NCBI RefSeq assembly: GCF_009914755.1
Contig: NC_060926.1
Origin: the human T2T-CHM13v2.0 reference genome, Homo sapiens
Strand: one strand, 5' to 3'
Length of the DNA stretch: 64,000 bases
The notes under the pieces were generated by a model, which worked only from the letters and a program-made list of their open reading frames with translations, had not been told where the DNA came from and did no database searches. Below, piece after piece: positions 13,301 to 59,751 of this stretch; the first letter of the stretch is position 1, and each line of letters starts with the position of its first letter. The translations under genes were made by a program, and so were the position numbers.

Positions 13301-14200
13301 CAAATCAGTTTCTACAACAGAGATTAATGGGGGTGAAGTAAAGTCAGGACTTACTTTCCTAGAGACTTTGGACAATTTTGAGGGGCAAAGCTTCCTGAGT
13401 TTGTGATTTTTAATATGTGAGTTAAAATTTTAAGCCATTGAAAAACATATAAGCAAATATTCTAAGAAGATAATATGTATTCTAAGAAGAATGAACCAGA
13501 ATTCTAAGTCTCTAATGCAACAATAGACTAAATATCTTTACATTCCCATTTACTTGGAAGGACTCTGTTTTAGTTAAGACTAAGCTACCTGGGAAATAAA
13601 AAGAGGACATTGGGGCTGATATTCTCACAAATGAAAGGAACACAAAGAACAAAACGGGTTCTCTATCCACACATACTTCCACTTCTCTGAGTAAGTGACT
13701 TGATGTCAGAGAATCTCACACCAGATTATAACAATAAGACTTTTAAATGTTCAGGATGTTTATGTTTAAAGCATTAGACTGATAAGAAATCTGATCTATT
13801 TCTTGTATGACTAGATGTAGTCACTGCAGTGGAAACCAACATACGAAAGAGCAGGCGGCACATTTTCATCCTGACCCCTCAGATCACTCACAATAAGGAG
13901 TTTGCCTACGAGCAGGAGGTTGCCCTGCACTGTGCCCTCATCCAGAACGACGCCAAGGTGATACTTATTGAGATGGAGGCTCTGAGCGAGCTGGACATGC
14001 TGCAGGCTGAGGCGCTTCAGGACTCCCTCCAGCATCTTATGAAAGTACAGGGGACCATCAAGTGGAGGGAGGACCACATTGCCAATAAAAGGTCCCTGAA
14101 TTCTAAATTCTGGAAGCACGTGAGGTACCAAATGCCTGTGCCAAGCAAAATTCCCAGAAAGGCCTCTAGTTTGACTCCCTTGGCTGCCCAGAAGCAATAG
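548..14200 (+). CDS. IL1RL1: Interleukin-1 receptor-like 1 (ST2L, IL-33 receptor), spliced CDS join(548..608,1120..1330,2381..2555,2949..3111,4502..4573,5315..5456,5549..5694,10224..10370,11358..11525,13815..14200), 556 aa
   Basis: Ten coding exons with GT-AG boundaries sum to 1671 nt (556 aa + stop). The protein runs [37 protein letters not shown]...[11 protein letters not shown], recognised as human ST2L: signal peptide, 3 Ig domains, TM segment, TIR domain. Confidence 0.98.
1120..1330 (+). CDS. IL1RL1: IL1RL1 exon 3 (Ig domain 1)
   Basis: Acceptor tttgcag|G; encodes [16 protein letters not shown]...[10 protein letters not shown]; donor AG|GTATTA. Confidence 0.97.
1862..2095 (+). mobile_element. 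MIR SINE
   Basis: MIR core: gctctgccactagttaactgtgcga...caagttacttctctgcccttcagtttcc...tgtaaaatg. Confidence 0.75.
2381..2555 (+). CDS. IL1RL1: IL1RL1 exon 4
   Basis: Acceptor ttttaacag|; encodes [14 protein letters not shown]...APLEWFK; donor AAG|GTAAGA. Confidence 0.97.
2614..2906 (+). mobile_element. Alu (J-like)
   Basis: GGCCGGGCACAGTGGCTCATGCCTGTAATCC start, two arms, degenerate A tail. Confidence 0.93.
2949..3111 (+). CDS. IL1RL1: IL1RL1 exon 5 (Ig domain 2, C-terminal half)
   Basis: Acceptor tttcag|; encodes [34 protein letters not shown]...SFTVK; donor G|GTAAGC. Confidence 0.97.
3471..3640 (+). CDS. IL1RL1: IL1RL1 alternative cassette exon (ST2V variant, 259 aa isoform)
   Basis: Strong poly-T/ctag acceptor, phase-1 compatible with exon 5. 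Encodes [11 protein letters not shown]...YFQHHQWP* (56 aa; 203+56=259 aa, matching ST2V). TGA is followed directly by a GTAAGT donor. Confidence 0.88.
4330..4367. repeat. (GT)19 microsatellite, IL1RL1 intron 5
   Basis: Perfect GT dinucleotide run. Confidence 0.95.
4502..4573 (+). CDS. IL1RL1: IL1RL1 exon 6 (D2-D3 linker)
   Basis: Acceptor ctttaag|; encodes [24 protein letters not shown]; donor G|GTAAGA. Confidence 0.96.
5315..5456 (+). CDS. IL1RL1: IL1RL1 exon 7 (Ig domain 3, N-terminal half)
   Basis: Acceptor cctctag|; encodes [15 protein letters not shown]...EEGQNQ; donor AG|GTATTT; followed by a 92-nt intron. Confidence 0.97.
5549..5694 (+). CDS. IL1RL1: IL1RL1 exon 8 (Ig domain 3, C-terminal half), ST2L form
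   Basis: Acceptor ttcttag|; encodes [32 protein letters not shown]...RKNP; donor A|GTAAGG at 5695. Confidence 0.97.
5694..5711 (+). CDS. IL1RL1: Soluble ST2 (sST2) unique C-terminus SKECF* by read-through of the exon 8 donor (328 aa isoform)
   Basis: AGT AAG GAG TGT TTC TGA; 323+5=328 aa matches the known sST2 decoy receptor. Confidence 0.95.
   Translation, partial: SKECF
6224..6625 (-). mobile_element. MaLR solo LTR (MST-like) inside the sST2 3' UTR
   Basis: gccattcttgcattg..ataaagaaatacctgagactggg...ggctcacagttctgcaggctgt...caaaccatacca, the typical MST/THE1 LTR in reverse. Confidence 0.88.
6840..6995 (+). mobile_element. L2 LINE 3' end
   Basis: aagctccatgagggcagggac...cctggca...gtgctca..taaatatttgttga.tgaataaatgaatg, the L2 terminus. 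Confidence 0.8.
6981..6986 (+). terminator. IL1RL1: Probable sST2 polyadenylation signal (AATAAA)
   Basis: AATAAA ~1.27 kb after the sST2 stop, with a T/GT-rich downstream element (tgttttttttgtgt, ~7017). It gives a ~2.5 kb mRNA, consistent with the known sST2 size. Confidence 0.7.
9650..10075 (+). mobile_element. L2 fragment
   Basis: cctactcatctttcag...tcctccaggaaggctccct...gcctga...gctcaataaatgt. Confidence 0.6.
10224..10370 (+). CDS. IL1RL1: IL1RL1 exon 9 (transmembrane)
   Basis: Acceptor tttgaatag|; encodes [49 protein letters not shown]; donor G|GTAAGT. Confidence 0.97.
11358..11525 (+). CDS. IL1RL1: IL1RL1 exon 10 (TIR box 1-2)
   Basis: Acceptor ttttcag|; encodes [12 protein letters not shown]...[12 protein letters not shown]; donor G|GTAAAG. 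Confidence 0.97.
13815..14200 (+). CDS. IL1RL1: IL1RL1 exon 11 coding part (TIR C-terminal half)
   Basis: Acceptor gactag|; encodes [20 protein letters not shown]...[11 protein letters not shown]...AAQKQ; TAG at 14198-14200. Confidence 0.97.
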
Positions 14201-14296
14201 TGCCTGCTGTGATGTGCAAAGGCATCTGAGTTTGAAGCTTTCCTGACTTCTCCTAGCTGGCTTATGCCCCTGCACTGAAGTGTGAGGAGCAGGAAT

Positions 14297-14302
14297 ATTA
14301 AA
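14297..14302 (+). terminator. IL1RL1: Probable ST2L proximal polyadenylation signal (ATTAAA)
   Basis: Variant hexamer ~100 nt after the stop, with T-rich sequence downstream. Confidence 0.55.
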
Positions 14303-14654
14303 GGGATTCAGGCCTCAGGTTTCATCTGGTAACTTTCCTTCCATTTCCCTGCTTCTGGGTGGATGCAAAATGGCCAGAAATTTTTCTCCTCAATCCTCCA
14401 CCATCCTCCAGCCACCATTTTCTTCCCTTTTCCCTTTTGCTTGCCTGTCTTCACTGTGGTGTGGGATGTTTTCACTACTCTTTTTTCCTCTCTCTCTGTC
14501 TTGCTTTGTTTCTCCTCATTCTTGTCAATAATCTGAATAGCAAACTAATCATTCGAGAGTAGATTTTCACGTCACTTGAAGAACATTCTGATTCCCTCAG
14601 GCAGAATGTCAGTTGTAAATCTTGTTCCCAACATGCCAGATTTTCTTTATTTTC

Positions 14655-16095
14655 TATATATATATATAATATTTTATATATAATATTATATATAATATTT
14701 TATATATAATTTTATATATAAAATATTATATATAATATTATATATAATATTTTCTATATAAAATGTGTATATAATTATATATAATTATATAAAATATAAT
14801 ATAGAATATCTAATAATGTATAATATATAACATATAAAAATAATATTATTTAATATATAATATTTTATATATAATATTTTTATATATAATATAATATATA
14901 TTTTATATATAATTATTAATTATATAATTAATATATAATATATATTTTATACATAATTATTAATTATATATAATTAATATATAATATATCTTATACATAA
15001 TTATCAATTATATATAATTAATATATAATATATATTTTATATATAATATAATATATTTTATATATTATATATTATATATAATATAATATGTATTCTATAT
15101 ATTATATTATATAAAATATAGTATATAATATATAATATAATATATAATATATAATACAATATATAATATAATATATAATATAAAATATATAATATAATAT
15201 ATAATATATAATATAATATATAATGTATAATATATAATATAATATATAATATATAATATATAATGTATAATAACATTATATATTATATATTATACATATA
15301 TTATATGTAATATATAATATATAATATATAATATATATTATGTATAATATATATTATATTATATATAATATATAATATATATAATATATAATATATTATA
15401 TATAATATATAATATATAATATTATATATAATATATAATATACATTATATTATATATGATATATATTTTATATATTATATTATATATGATATATATTTTA
15501 TATATTATATTATATATGATATATATTTTATATATATATAAAATTTATATATAATATTATATATAATATTATATATTTTATATATAATATTATATATAAT
15601 ATTATATATTTTATATATAATATTATATATAATATTATATATTTTATATAATATTATATATAATATTATATATTTTATATATAATATTATATATAATATT
15701 ATATATTTTATATATAATATATATTATATAATATTATATATATTATACATTACATATATATTATATATAATATTATATATTTTATATACAATATGATATA
15801 TAATATAATTTATATATTATATATATTTATATATAATTATTATATAAATTATATAAATATAAATTATATATTTATATATAATTATTATATAAATCATTAT
15901 ATAATTATTATAATTATAATATATAATATAATATAATATTATATATAATATATAGTATTCTATATAAATAATATAACATATATTTTATATAGAATATTAT
16001 ATATAATATAATATATATTTTATATAGAATATTATATATAATATAATATATATTTTATATAGAATATTTTATATATATAATATTATATATATGTA
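14655..16095. repeat. ~1.44 kb composite AT-rich minisatellite / low-complexity tract
   Basis: Almost entirely A/T, with sub-arrays of ~44-, 30-, ~33- and 35-bp periods. Confidence 0.97.
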
Positions 16096-16111
16096 TTTGA
16101 GACAGAGTCTC

Positions 16112-18200
<2,089 letters not shown>

Positions 18201-18419
18201 TAAAAAGAATTAAAATCATTGTCCAATTGAACATTTTGCCTGTCGGCTATGGGTTTCCCTTTTCCTTTGGTTAAATAACAGTTCTGCCACAAAATAAAAA
18301 TCTAGAAACACACATTCCCCTTTGGCCTCCTTAAAAAAAATTAAAACTTCAACAATTGCACCCCTCTCTATTACTTCCCTATAGTGAACTCCCATCCTTC
18401 TGGGAAAGCAAAAAGCCTG

Positions 18420-19340
18420 GGGCGCATTTGTGTACTTGAGACGCGGAGCCCCTCTCACCTTCGGCATCCCCCGGGGACCCCTCTTCCACCCTCAGCCCTC
18501 CCCTCCTCTTCCTCTGAAGAGCCGGGCGGCCGCTGCGGCCAGCGGTCCTCCCTCCTGGCATCCTCTGCTGTGAACCGCGGCCTGCAGGGTGCTTGCGAGC
18601 GGCCCGGGCGCGCCCCCTTCCGGCCCCGCAGGTCACCCGGCTACAGCCCGGGTTTTCCCGGGACCCGCGCCGCGCGGCTGGGCAGGAAGCGCCAGACGCC
18701 TGGGGCCCACGCCGTCCGCGGGAAAAGGGCAAGGCGCTGGGTTTTCCAGCAGCAACCTTTGGACCCCGCGATCCAGTAGCTCCGGTAACTCCACGCGGGG
18801 CGTCTGGGTGGAGGAGCCGGTCCTGGAGCACGGCTGCGAGGAGCACCCGGACCGGAGGGTCCCCAGACCGGGACCTCCGAGTCAGGGAGGATTCTACGCC
18901 AGGGAGCGCCCCAGACTGAGAGCGCCCCAGACCGCTACACTCCCGGACCCGGAGCTTCGCCCGACCGCGGGCAGTGCCCACCTGCAGCCTCCACCGGCCG
19001 GGGTTAGCAGCCAGGAGCTGCCAGACGCCTGACATTCTTCTTTCTGTTCCTACTTTTTTTCCTTCTTCTTCTTTTTTTTTTTTTTTGTAGCCCTCTCTGG
19101 GTGCCTTATCTCTTTAATCACACCTCTCTTTCACTTTCCACGGTAGTCAGGAGGCGGAGATCGCTGCTTCTCACCTACTTTCTGAACTTGGCCTCCGCAG
19201 TCGCGACCTGGCGTGAAGGAGGAGCTGCCGCCCCCGCCCCAGCCTCGGGGACGCCTCTCTGAAGGTAAGGGTGGGCTCCGCTGCCACCCGCATCCCCTCC
19301 CCACCCCCCAGAGGAAGGGAAGACCACCATCCGGGGAGGG
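18420..19340. promoter_or_regulatory. IL18R1: CpG island / IL18R1 promoter
   Basis: Abrupt GC- and CpG-rich segment in an AT-rich background, with GC boxes (CCGCCC) and NF-kB-like GGGTTTTCCC at 18650-18659; it spans exon 1. Confidence 0.9.
19147..19264 (+). other. IL18R1: IL18R1 non-coding exon 1 (5' boundary approximate)
   Basis: Ends at the strong donor AAG|GTAAGG (19265). The sequence matches my recollection of the IL18R1 mRNA 5' end, which joins to AGAAGCCATTTG of exon 2. Confidence 0.8.
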
Positions 19341-19519
19341 ATTCTCAAAACAAGATCAATTAAGAGAGAGAGAGAGATAGTGTGTGTGTGAATACGTGTG
19401 AATAATTGATGAGACAGCATCCTGTCTTTCTCTGAAAGTATAGTTTTAGAAATTAAGACATCCCCAATTATTTTCTGGAGAGGTGAGAACGACTGAAATA
19501 AATGATAACAATAGTTGTC

Positions 19520-19725
19520 ATTTTTTAAGTGCTTACTGTGTGCCTGACACTGTAGAAAATTTTTAGATATCTTATTTTCACTTAATCCTCCTAAGGGCCA
19601 CATGAAATAGGAACTATTATTATGCTTTAATAAAAGGGAGGAGGAATTCCGTCATTTACCCAAGAGTATCCAGCTACTAAGTAGTAGATCCCAGATCCAC
19701 ACCTACAGTTTTTCTGATTCCAGAG
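19520..19725 (-). mobile_element. MIR
   Basis: gtgcttactgtgtgcctgacactgt...cacttaatcctc...tttacccaag...ccagctactaagt. Confidence 0.65.
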
Positions 19726-20098
19726 CCTTTGTCTTTTTTCTGCCCAGCCTTGGGAAGTTAAAATGCCCAGCACCTTGCATCGCAGTTATCAGACAAATTA
19801 ATGAGGTGTCAATTGCAGCCAGATACAGAGATCCAAGATTATTGTATTCATTTCACTGACTTCCCTTGCTTCATTCTCAAGACCCTTTGCAAATACTGAT
19901 TTTGTGTCATACACAGTGCTGCTATTGGGAGCACACCTCTCAACCTCAGGGCCTTGGATGGGCTAGGAGGGGTAAATTTGGGGAATTGGGTTTGTGCAGG
20001 TTCTGGGGACAGTGTTTTCCCTCTCCCTGCACAAATATACATCCAAAGGCTGAGAACTAAGGCTAAGGCCTAGGAATGTGGATTGAAAAGGCAGGGTC

Positions 20099-20396
<298 letters not shown>

Positions 20397-22009
20397 TCAG
20401 GGACCTCACCAGAGAGTGGGAGCTAGTCCAGGAGTGATGGAAACACCTGCAGAGTGATGGAGACGGGCTTGGACATAGGCATGTGCCATTTGGGGCTGTT
20501 GCAGTTGGAGAGCTTCCTTGAGAAGGCAAATACTGAGCCAAGTTGAAAGGACTCTAGGGACCTGGCATCTGGGATAAGTGGGGAGGGTGGCCCAGGTAGC
20601 ACAGGCATAGGCAGATTTGGGGGGAAGCATAAGGCTAACAACAGACACTTGTGTGACAAGGACTATGAGGTGGCATTGATTTTCTTGGCCTTACAGATGA
20701 GAAGCCAGATTCCACACAAATTATTTTGTTTGTTAGAGTTTAAGCGTGTGTGTGTGTGTGTATGTTATGCCCCAAGATCATTTTCTCCTCTTTGCATTTG
20801 GTTGTTTTATCATCTCACAGGCTGAGTAAAACGACTATGCATGGAACACTGTAGAAGAAAAATTATATTAAAAAAAAACTGGTGTTATGATTTTCATCCA
20901 GGCATTTTGTCTCAGGAGTTGCTCGATTGTATGTGTTGCTAATGAGTGATTTATATTGAGGCATCTACATTGATTCATGTGTGTCCTTGTGAATAGCTGT
21001 AATCTGAGGCTGGCCATTTCACTTCCTCAAATCTCAGGTTCCTCATTAGAAAGAGCTTTGAAATGGCTCTTTCCCTGTACATTATGTGTTTCTGTGAATT
21101 ACTTTTAGAGAAAGGTCAGTTTCTCAGGGTGGGACCCATAAACAAGGGCAACTGGGCAGAGCCAGGGGTTCAGGTGACTGTTTGGACCCTCTGGAAGGGC
21201 TTTTTACTGTGCTGCCTTGGGAGACAGAGTGGTCAGCTTGGAACTGACCTTAAGCCTAGGTCACCCAATTTTTGAAGGAAACTTTTTTTTTTCATTTAGA
21301 GAAAACTTCATGCCTTTGGGTGATTAGGTAAGTTTGTGACTATTCGTTATGTGTGTGTACACACACGTACGTACATATGTACATGCACAAATATTTAATA
21401 TGTCTTAGACACACCAAATATATGCATTTAAGATGTATTAAATGTACTTTCCTGAGAATACAAATAAGTGCCCTACGTCGGCGGCTCTCTTCCTGACTGT
21501 ATGTTAGAGTCACCTGCGGAGTTCTGAGGACTCAAGATGCCCAGTCTGTCCTCCAGACCACTGGGTGGAGCCCGGGCATCATTATTTTTTTCCAAACTTG
21601 GGTGAGAGCTGGTGGCCTAGACTTCACATTAGTTGCTAAAACATACTTTCCAAGATATCATGCGTTAAAAAGCATTTCAAAAGTAGATTGTGCAGATGTG
21701 CCAATGGATCAGATGATCACCTAGATTCAAAATTATGTATATTTTATGGATGTAATTCATTCAATAATTCAGCAAATAACAAAGAAACAAGCAGACATAA
21801 AGTGAAAATATGACAGTTAGTGATAAGTGCTATGAATAGAAAAACTAAACATGGGAGGGTAGAGGAACATTGGTGTGTGTGAGCATGTGTGTGTGTGTGC
21901 GTGTGTGTGCATGTGCATGTTTGCATTTGGAAAAGCATGCTGTGCTAGACTTGCAGTAGAGTGCTCAGGGAGGACCTGTACATTATAAGCTAGTGTCAGC
22001 AAACCGTAG

Positions 22010-22700
22010 GGGAAATACAGGATTATTTAATTAACAATAGAGAAGTAATTAGTAGGTATTTGAGGAAAGTAAGTTTAGTTACTCCCTATCTTCATGTCAA
22101 TCAAGAAAATTAATTGTTGGTGGATGAAAAAAGTTAAATATAAAAACAAAACAAAACAATACTGAGCCATAAAAATGAAGAAACTATGTAAGCATCTATT
22201 TGACCACCAACAGGAAAGGATATTCTACACTTAAAAGCAATGAAAACATCTCAAAGCAAAAGAATGATCGGTTTGACTACATCAATATAAAATTTGTCAT
22301 ATATTAGCATAACAAAAGAGAGAAAGTAAACAACAAGTTAGACAAACATCTGAGAACTGGACAAAAGACATAAAGAGATGGTTCATAAACATGAAAATAA
22401 AATGGCTGATAATAAGTGATTAATATTTGCCTCATTTATACCCAAAGAAATGCAAATTCAGAAAACAATGAGATACCATTTTTCCATTTTGGCTGTCTAA
22501 TTACATTTTAAAAGTAAAGCTGCTCAGTGTGCTTCTGGGTGTGGTCGATAGATGCTGTCTTGTGCTATTGAGTGAGAGAATATGAATATTGCAACACTTC
22601 TGGAATGCAGTTTGTCAGCATGCATCTGTCAGGTTTCAATGTAGTCTTCAACTCAATCACTGTACTGCCATCGAGTAACATCCAGGAAATAATAAGAAAT
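22010..22700 (+). mobile_element. Old L1 (L1M) fragments
   Basis: tttgactacatcaa, aaagaaatgcaaattca.aaaacaatgagataccatt motifs. Confidence 0.6.
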
Positions 22701-22714
22701 GTAGACAAATAATA

Positions 22715-22915
22715 ATAGCTAACATTTAAGCGGTATTACCATTCACCAGACACTTGCAATAGTAACTCATTTAACTTTCACATCAGTTCCAGGAGATGGT
22801 ATTATTATCCCCTTCTATAGATAAGAAAATTGAGGCACAGAACAGGCAAGTCAGTTGCCCACAGTCGGTTAGCTGGTTGAAGGTAGAATGGAGATTCAAA
22901 TCCACCCAGGCTGCC
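22715..22915 (-). mobile_element. MIR
   Basis: aactcatttaa...ggtattattatcccc...agataagaaaattgaggcacaga...gagattcaaatcca. Confidence 0.75.
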
Positions 22916-23032
22916 ACCTGAGCCCATCCTGCAAAAAAACTGAGCCATCCTGGCTTACCTGTGAAGATGGTCATGTGATTATCTCATAATACATCTGGTA
23001 AATGATAATATATCCACATGAAGTAATATTAG

Positions 23033-23426
<394 letters not shown>

Positions 23427-25524
23427 AAACATCTTAATTATGTGACAACATTTATAAAAAGTACAAGAAAACATGTTAAAATATTATACATGTTGAGATT
23501 ATTTTCTTCTTTCAGTCTTCATTTTGTAAATCTCCTACATTGAGTGTAAATTGCTTTGGAAATCAGAAAAACTTTAAAAAGAAAGAAACTTAAGAGTTAC
23601 GGAAAAGCAAAAATATTGATGTTAAACATAACAATTAAAAACCCTTAAAATTCTTACATGTGAGACATTTAATATTTATATTCTTCTATGCCTATTTTAT
23701 TAATACTTGCTAGAGTATCTGTTACATTTATCAGAATATCTCTTTTTCTGGAAATGAATTCATTATTTAATATAACCTTAATCTGTTAAATTCACACATA
23801 AAACTTAAGTACATTAAAAATTTTACATACACACATCCACATTTGCAGAATGGTGTGCAAATACCAGCTAATTTTTGTATACTGAGATCTTAATATGTTT
23901 CATATTGAAACTCAGAGTTAACTTGTCAGTTTGCTGAGCCATCTCCTGATAACTTTGTCTCTTGGTAGATATTGAATATTTTTTTTAAAGTGGTGCTTTT
24001 TATAAGGTTACATCAGTCTTAATCAGAGTGACATAAAGGAAATAACATTTTTTATTCTATCCAAGATAAAAGAATAGGCAGAGTTAATAATAAAATGTGT
24101 GTGGAGGTAGTGGGGGAGGTTTCAAACCATAGACCCAGTCTAATTTGATTATGCACAGTTGGTACTTTCCATTCATACTTGTTTCTTTGGCCTTTACATT
24201 ATTGATTATTATCTCTTGGAAATTCCACCAAATATTTGGTGATTTTTCCATAAGGATGTATGTGAATGGTTTGGCAGCTTAGCCATTAAGCTTTATCCTG
24301 GATTCAGGCATTGACAACTCTGTTTTTAGGATGGAAGATGAGTAGTTGTTGGTGAGAGGGGCATTATTCTGAGCTGAGAAGCTGCCATGCACTCAGGAAG
24401 TCTCCATAAGCCTTAGATGGTTTAATCACTCAATAATTCCAGAAACAGGCCTTCTTATCATCTCCATTTTGGTAATGACCAAATAGGCTCTAAGACTTGC
24501 TCAAGTTTTGCACAGCTTGTCAGGACTCAAACTGGAGTGGCAGCCCAGGTTTGTGTGTTTCTGAAACCAGACTCTGCCATCAGGCTGTGCTCCCTGCACT
24601 CAGGATGGTAAACAAGGGATATGGTGTTGTTTATGCAGTATTTAGACTCTGAATGGTCTCCACTGTGGGGGATCCTTCCTCCACTGGGCTCAAAGTTGTA
24701 ATCAGAACTCCGAATGCTAGGTTGCAGTAGGATCAAAGTTCAATGCAGATCTTAGTTCCACTGGGACACAGTCAATGTAAAGGAGGGGTCTGGAGTGTAG
24801 GAGACTGTCACTTCATCTCTCCATTTCCCTAAAGTAAACTCATATGGGCAGCCACAGACACACGCGAACACATGCATACACACCTATGCCTCAGTGACAC
24901 ATGTTAGTGAGTGCTGGCCATGTGCTAGGCATCGTGCTGGATTTTAGTGATACAGTGAAGAGCAAAATAGACTTAGTGCCTAGAATTATGAAAGAATTAT
25001 GAAACCTACGTTCTGAAGGAGGAAGATGGAGTTTTAAAAATTCAACCCTAAATGAAGATCTCATTACAATTCAGGAATGTTTTGATGTGAAAACACACAC
25101 ACACACTCTGTTACATGGGCAGAACTGCCATACATAGCTCAGCATGTCACAGATTGTTTATTCATAGAATGGTAATATTTGTAGCAGTACTATTGTTCTG
25201 AACTTTGGCCTTGGAAGCAGGATTTAGTAGACCAGGCCTGAAATTCTTCAGACTCTGTTGTATCAGAGAAATAAATTATTAGGGATTTCTTCCAGAAGAA
25301 AAACTTCATTGCCTTGAAATTTTATTAATTTTATATGGCTGAAAGTTCTGAGAATTGGTTACTATATTAAGGATTATAAAAATCTTCTAGGTTGTTTTTT
25401 TAAAAATCTGTGTGCCAGAAGATTTTTAAACCTTCATAAGATAGGCACACTTTTGTTTGAAAGCTTTGGCTGAATCTGTTTTATTCTGTTTTCCAGAGAA
25501 GCCATTTGAAGCAGAATCCAAACC

Positions 25525-59751
<34,227 letters not shown>

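Noticed and set aside
13811-14275. 154-aa minus-strand ORF
   Set aside because: Antisense shadow of IL1RL1 exon 11; no recognisable protein and no independent gene structure.
15058-15276. 72-aa I/L/Y-rich ORF
   Set aside because: Translation of the AT minisatellite.
14655-16095. Regularly spaced units considered as a CRISPR-like array
   Set aside because: Eukaryotic context, no unique spacers and no cas genes; simply a minisatellite.
18379-19035. Several overlapping 108-218 aa ORFs on both strands
   Set aside because: Stop-codon depletion from the GC-rich CpG island; low-complexity Arg/Gly/Pro translations without domains.
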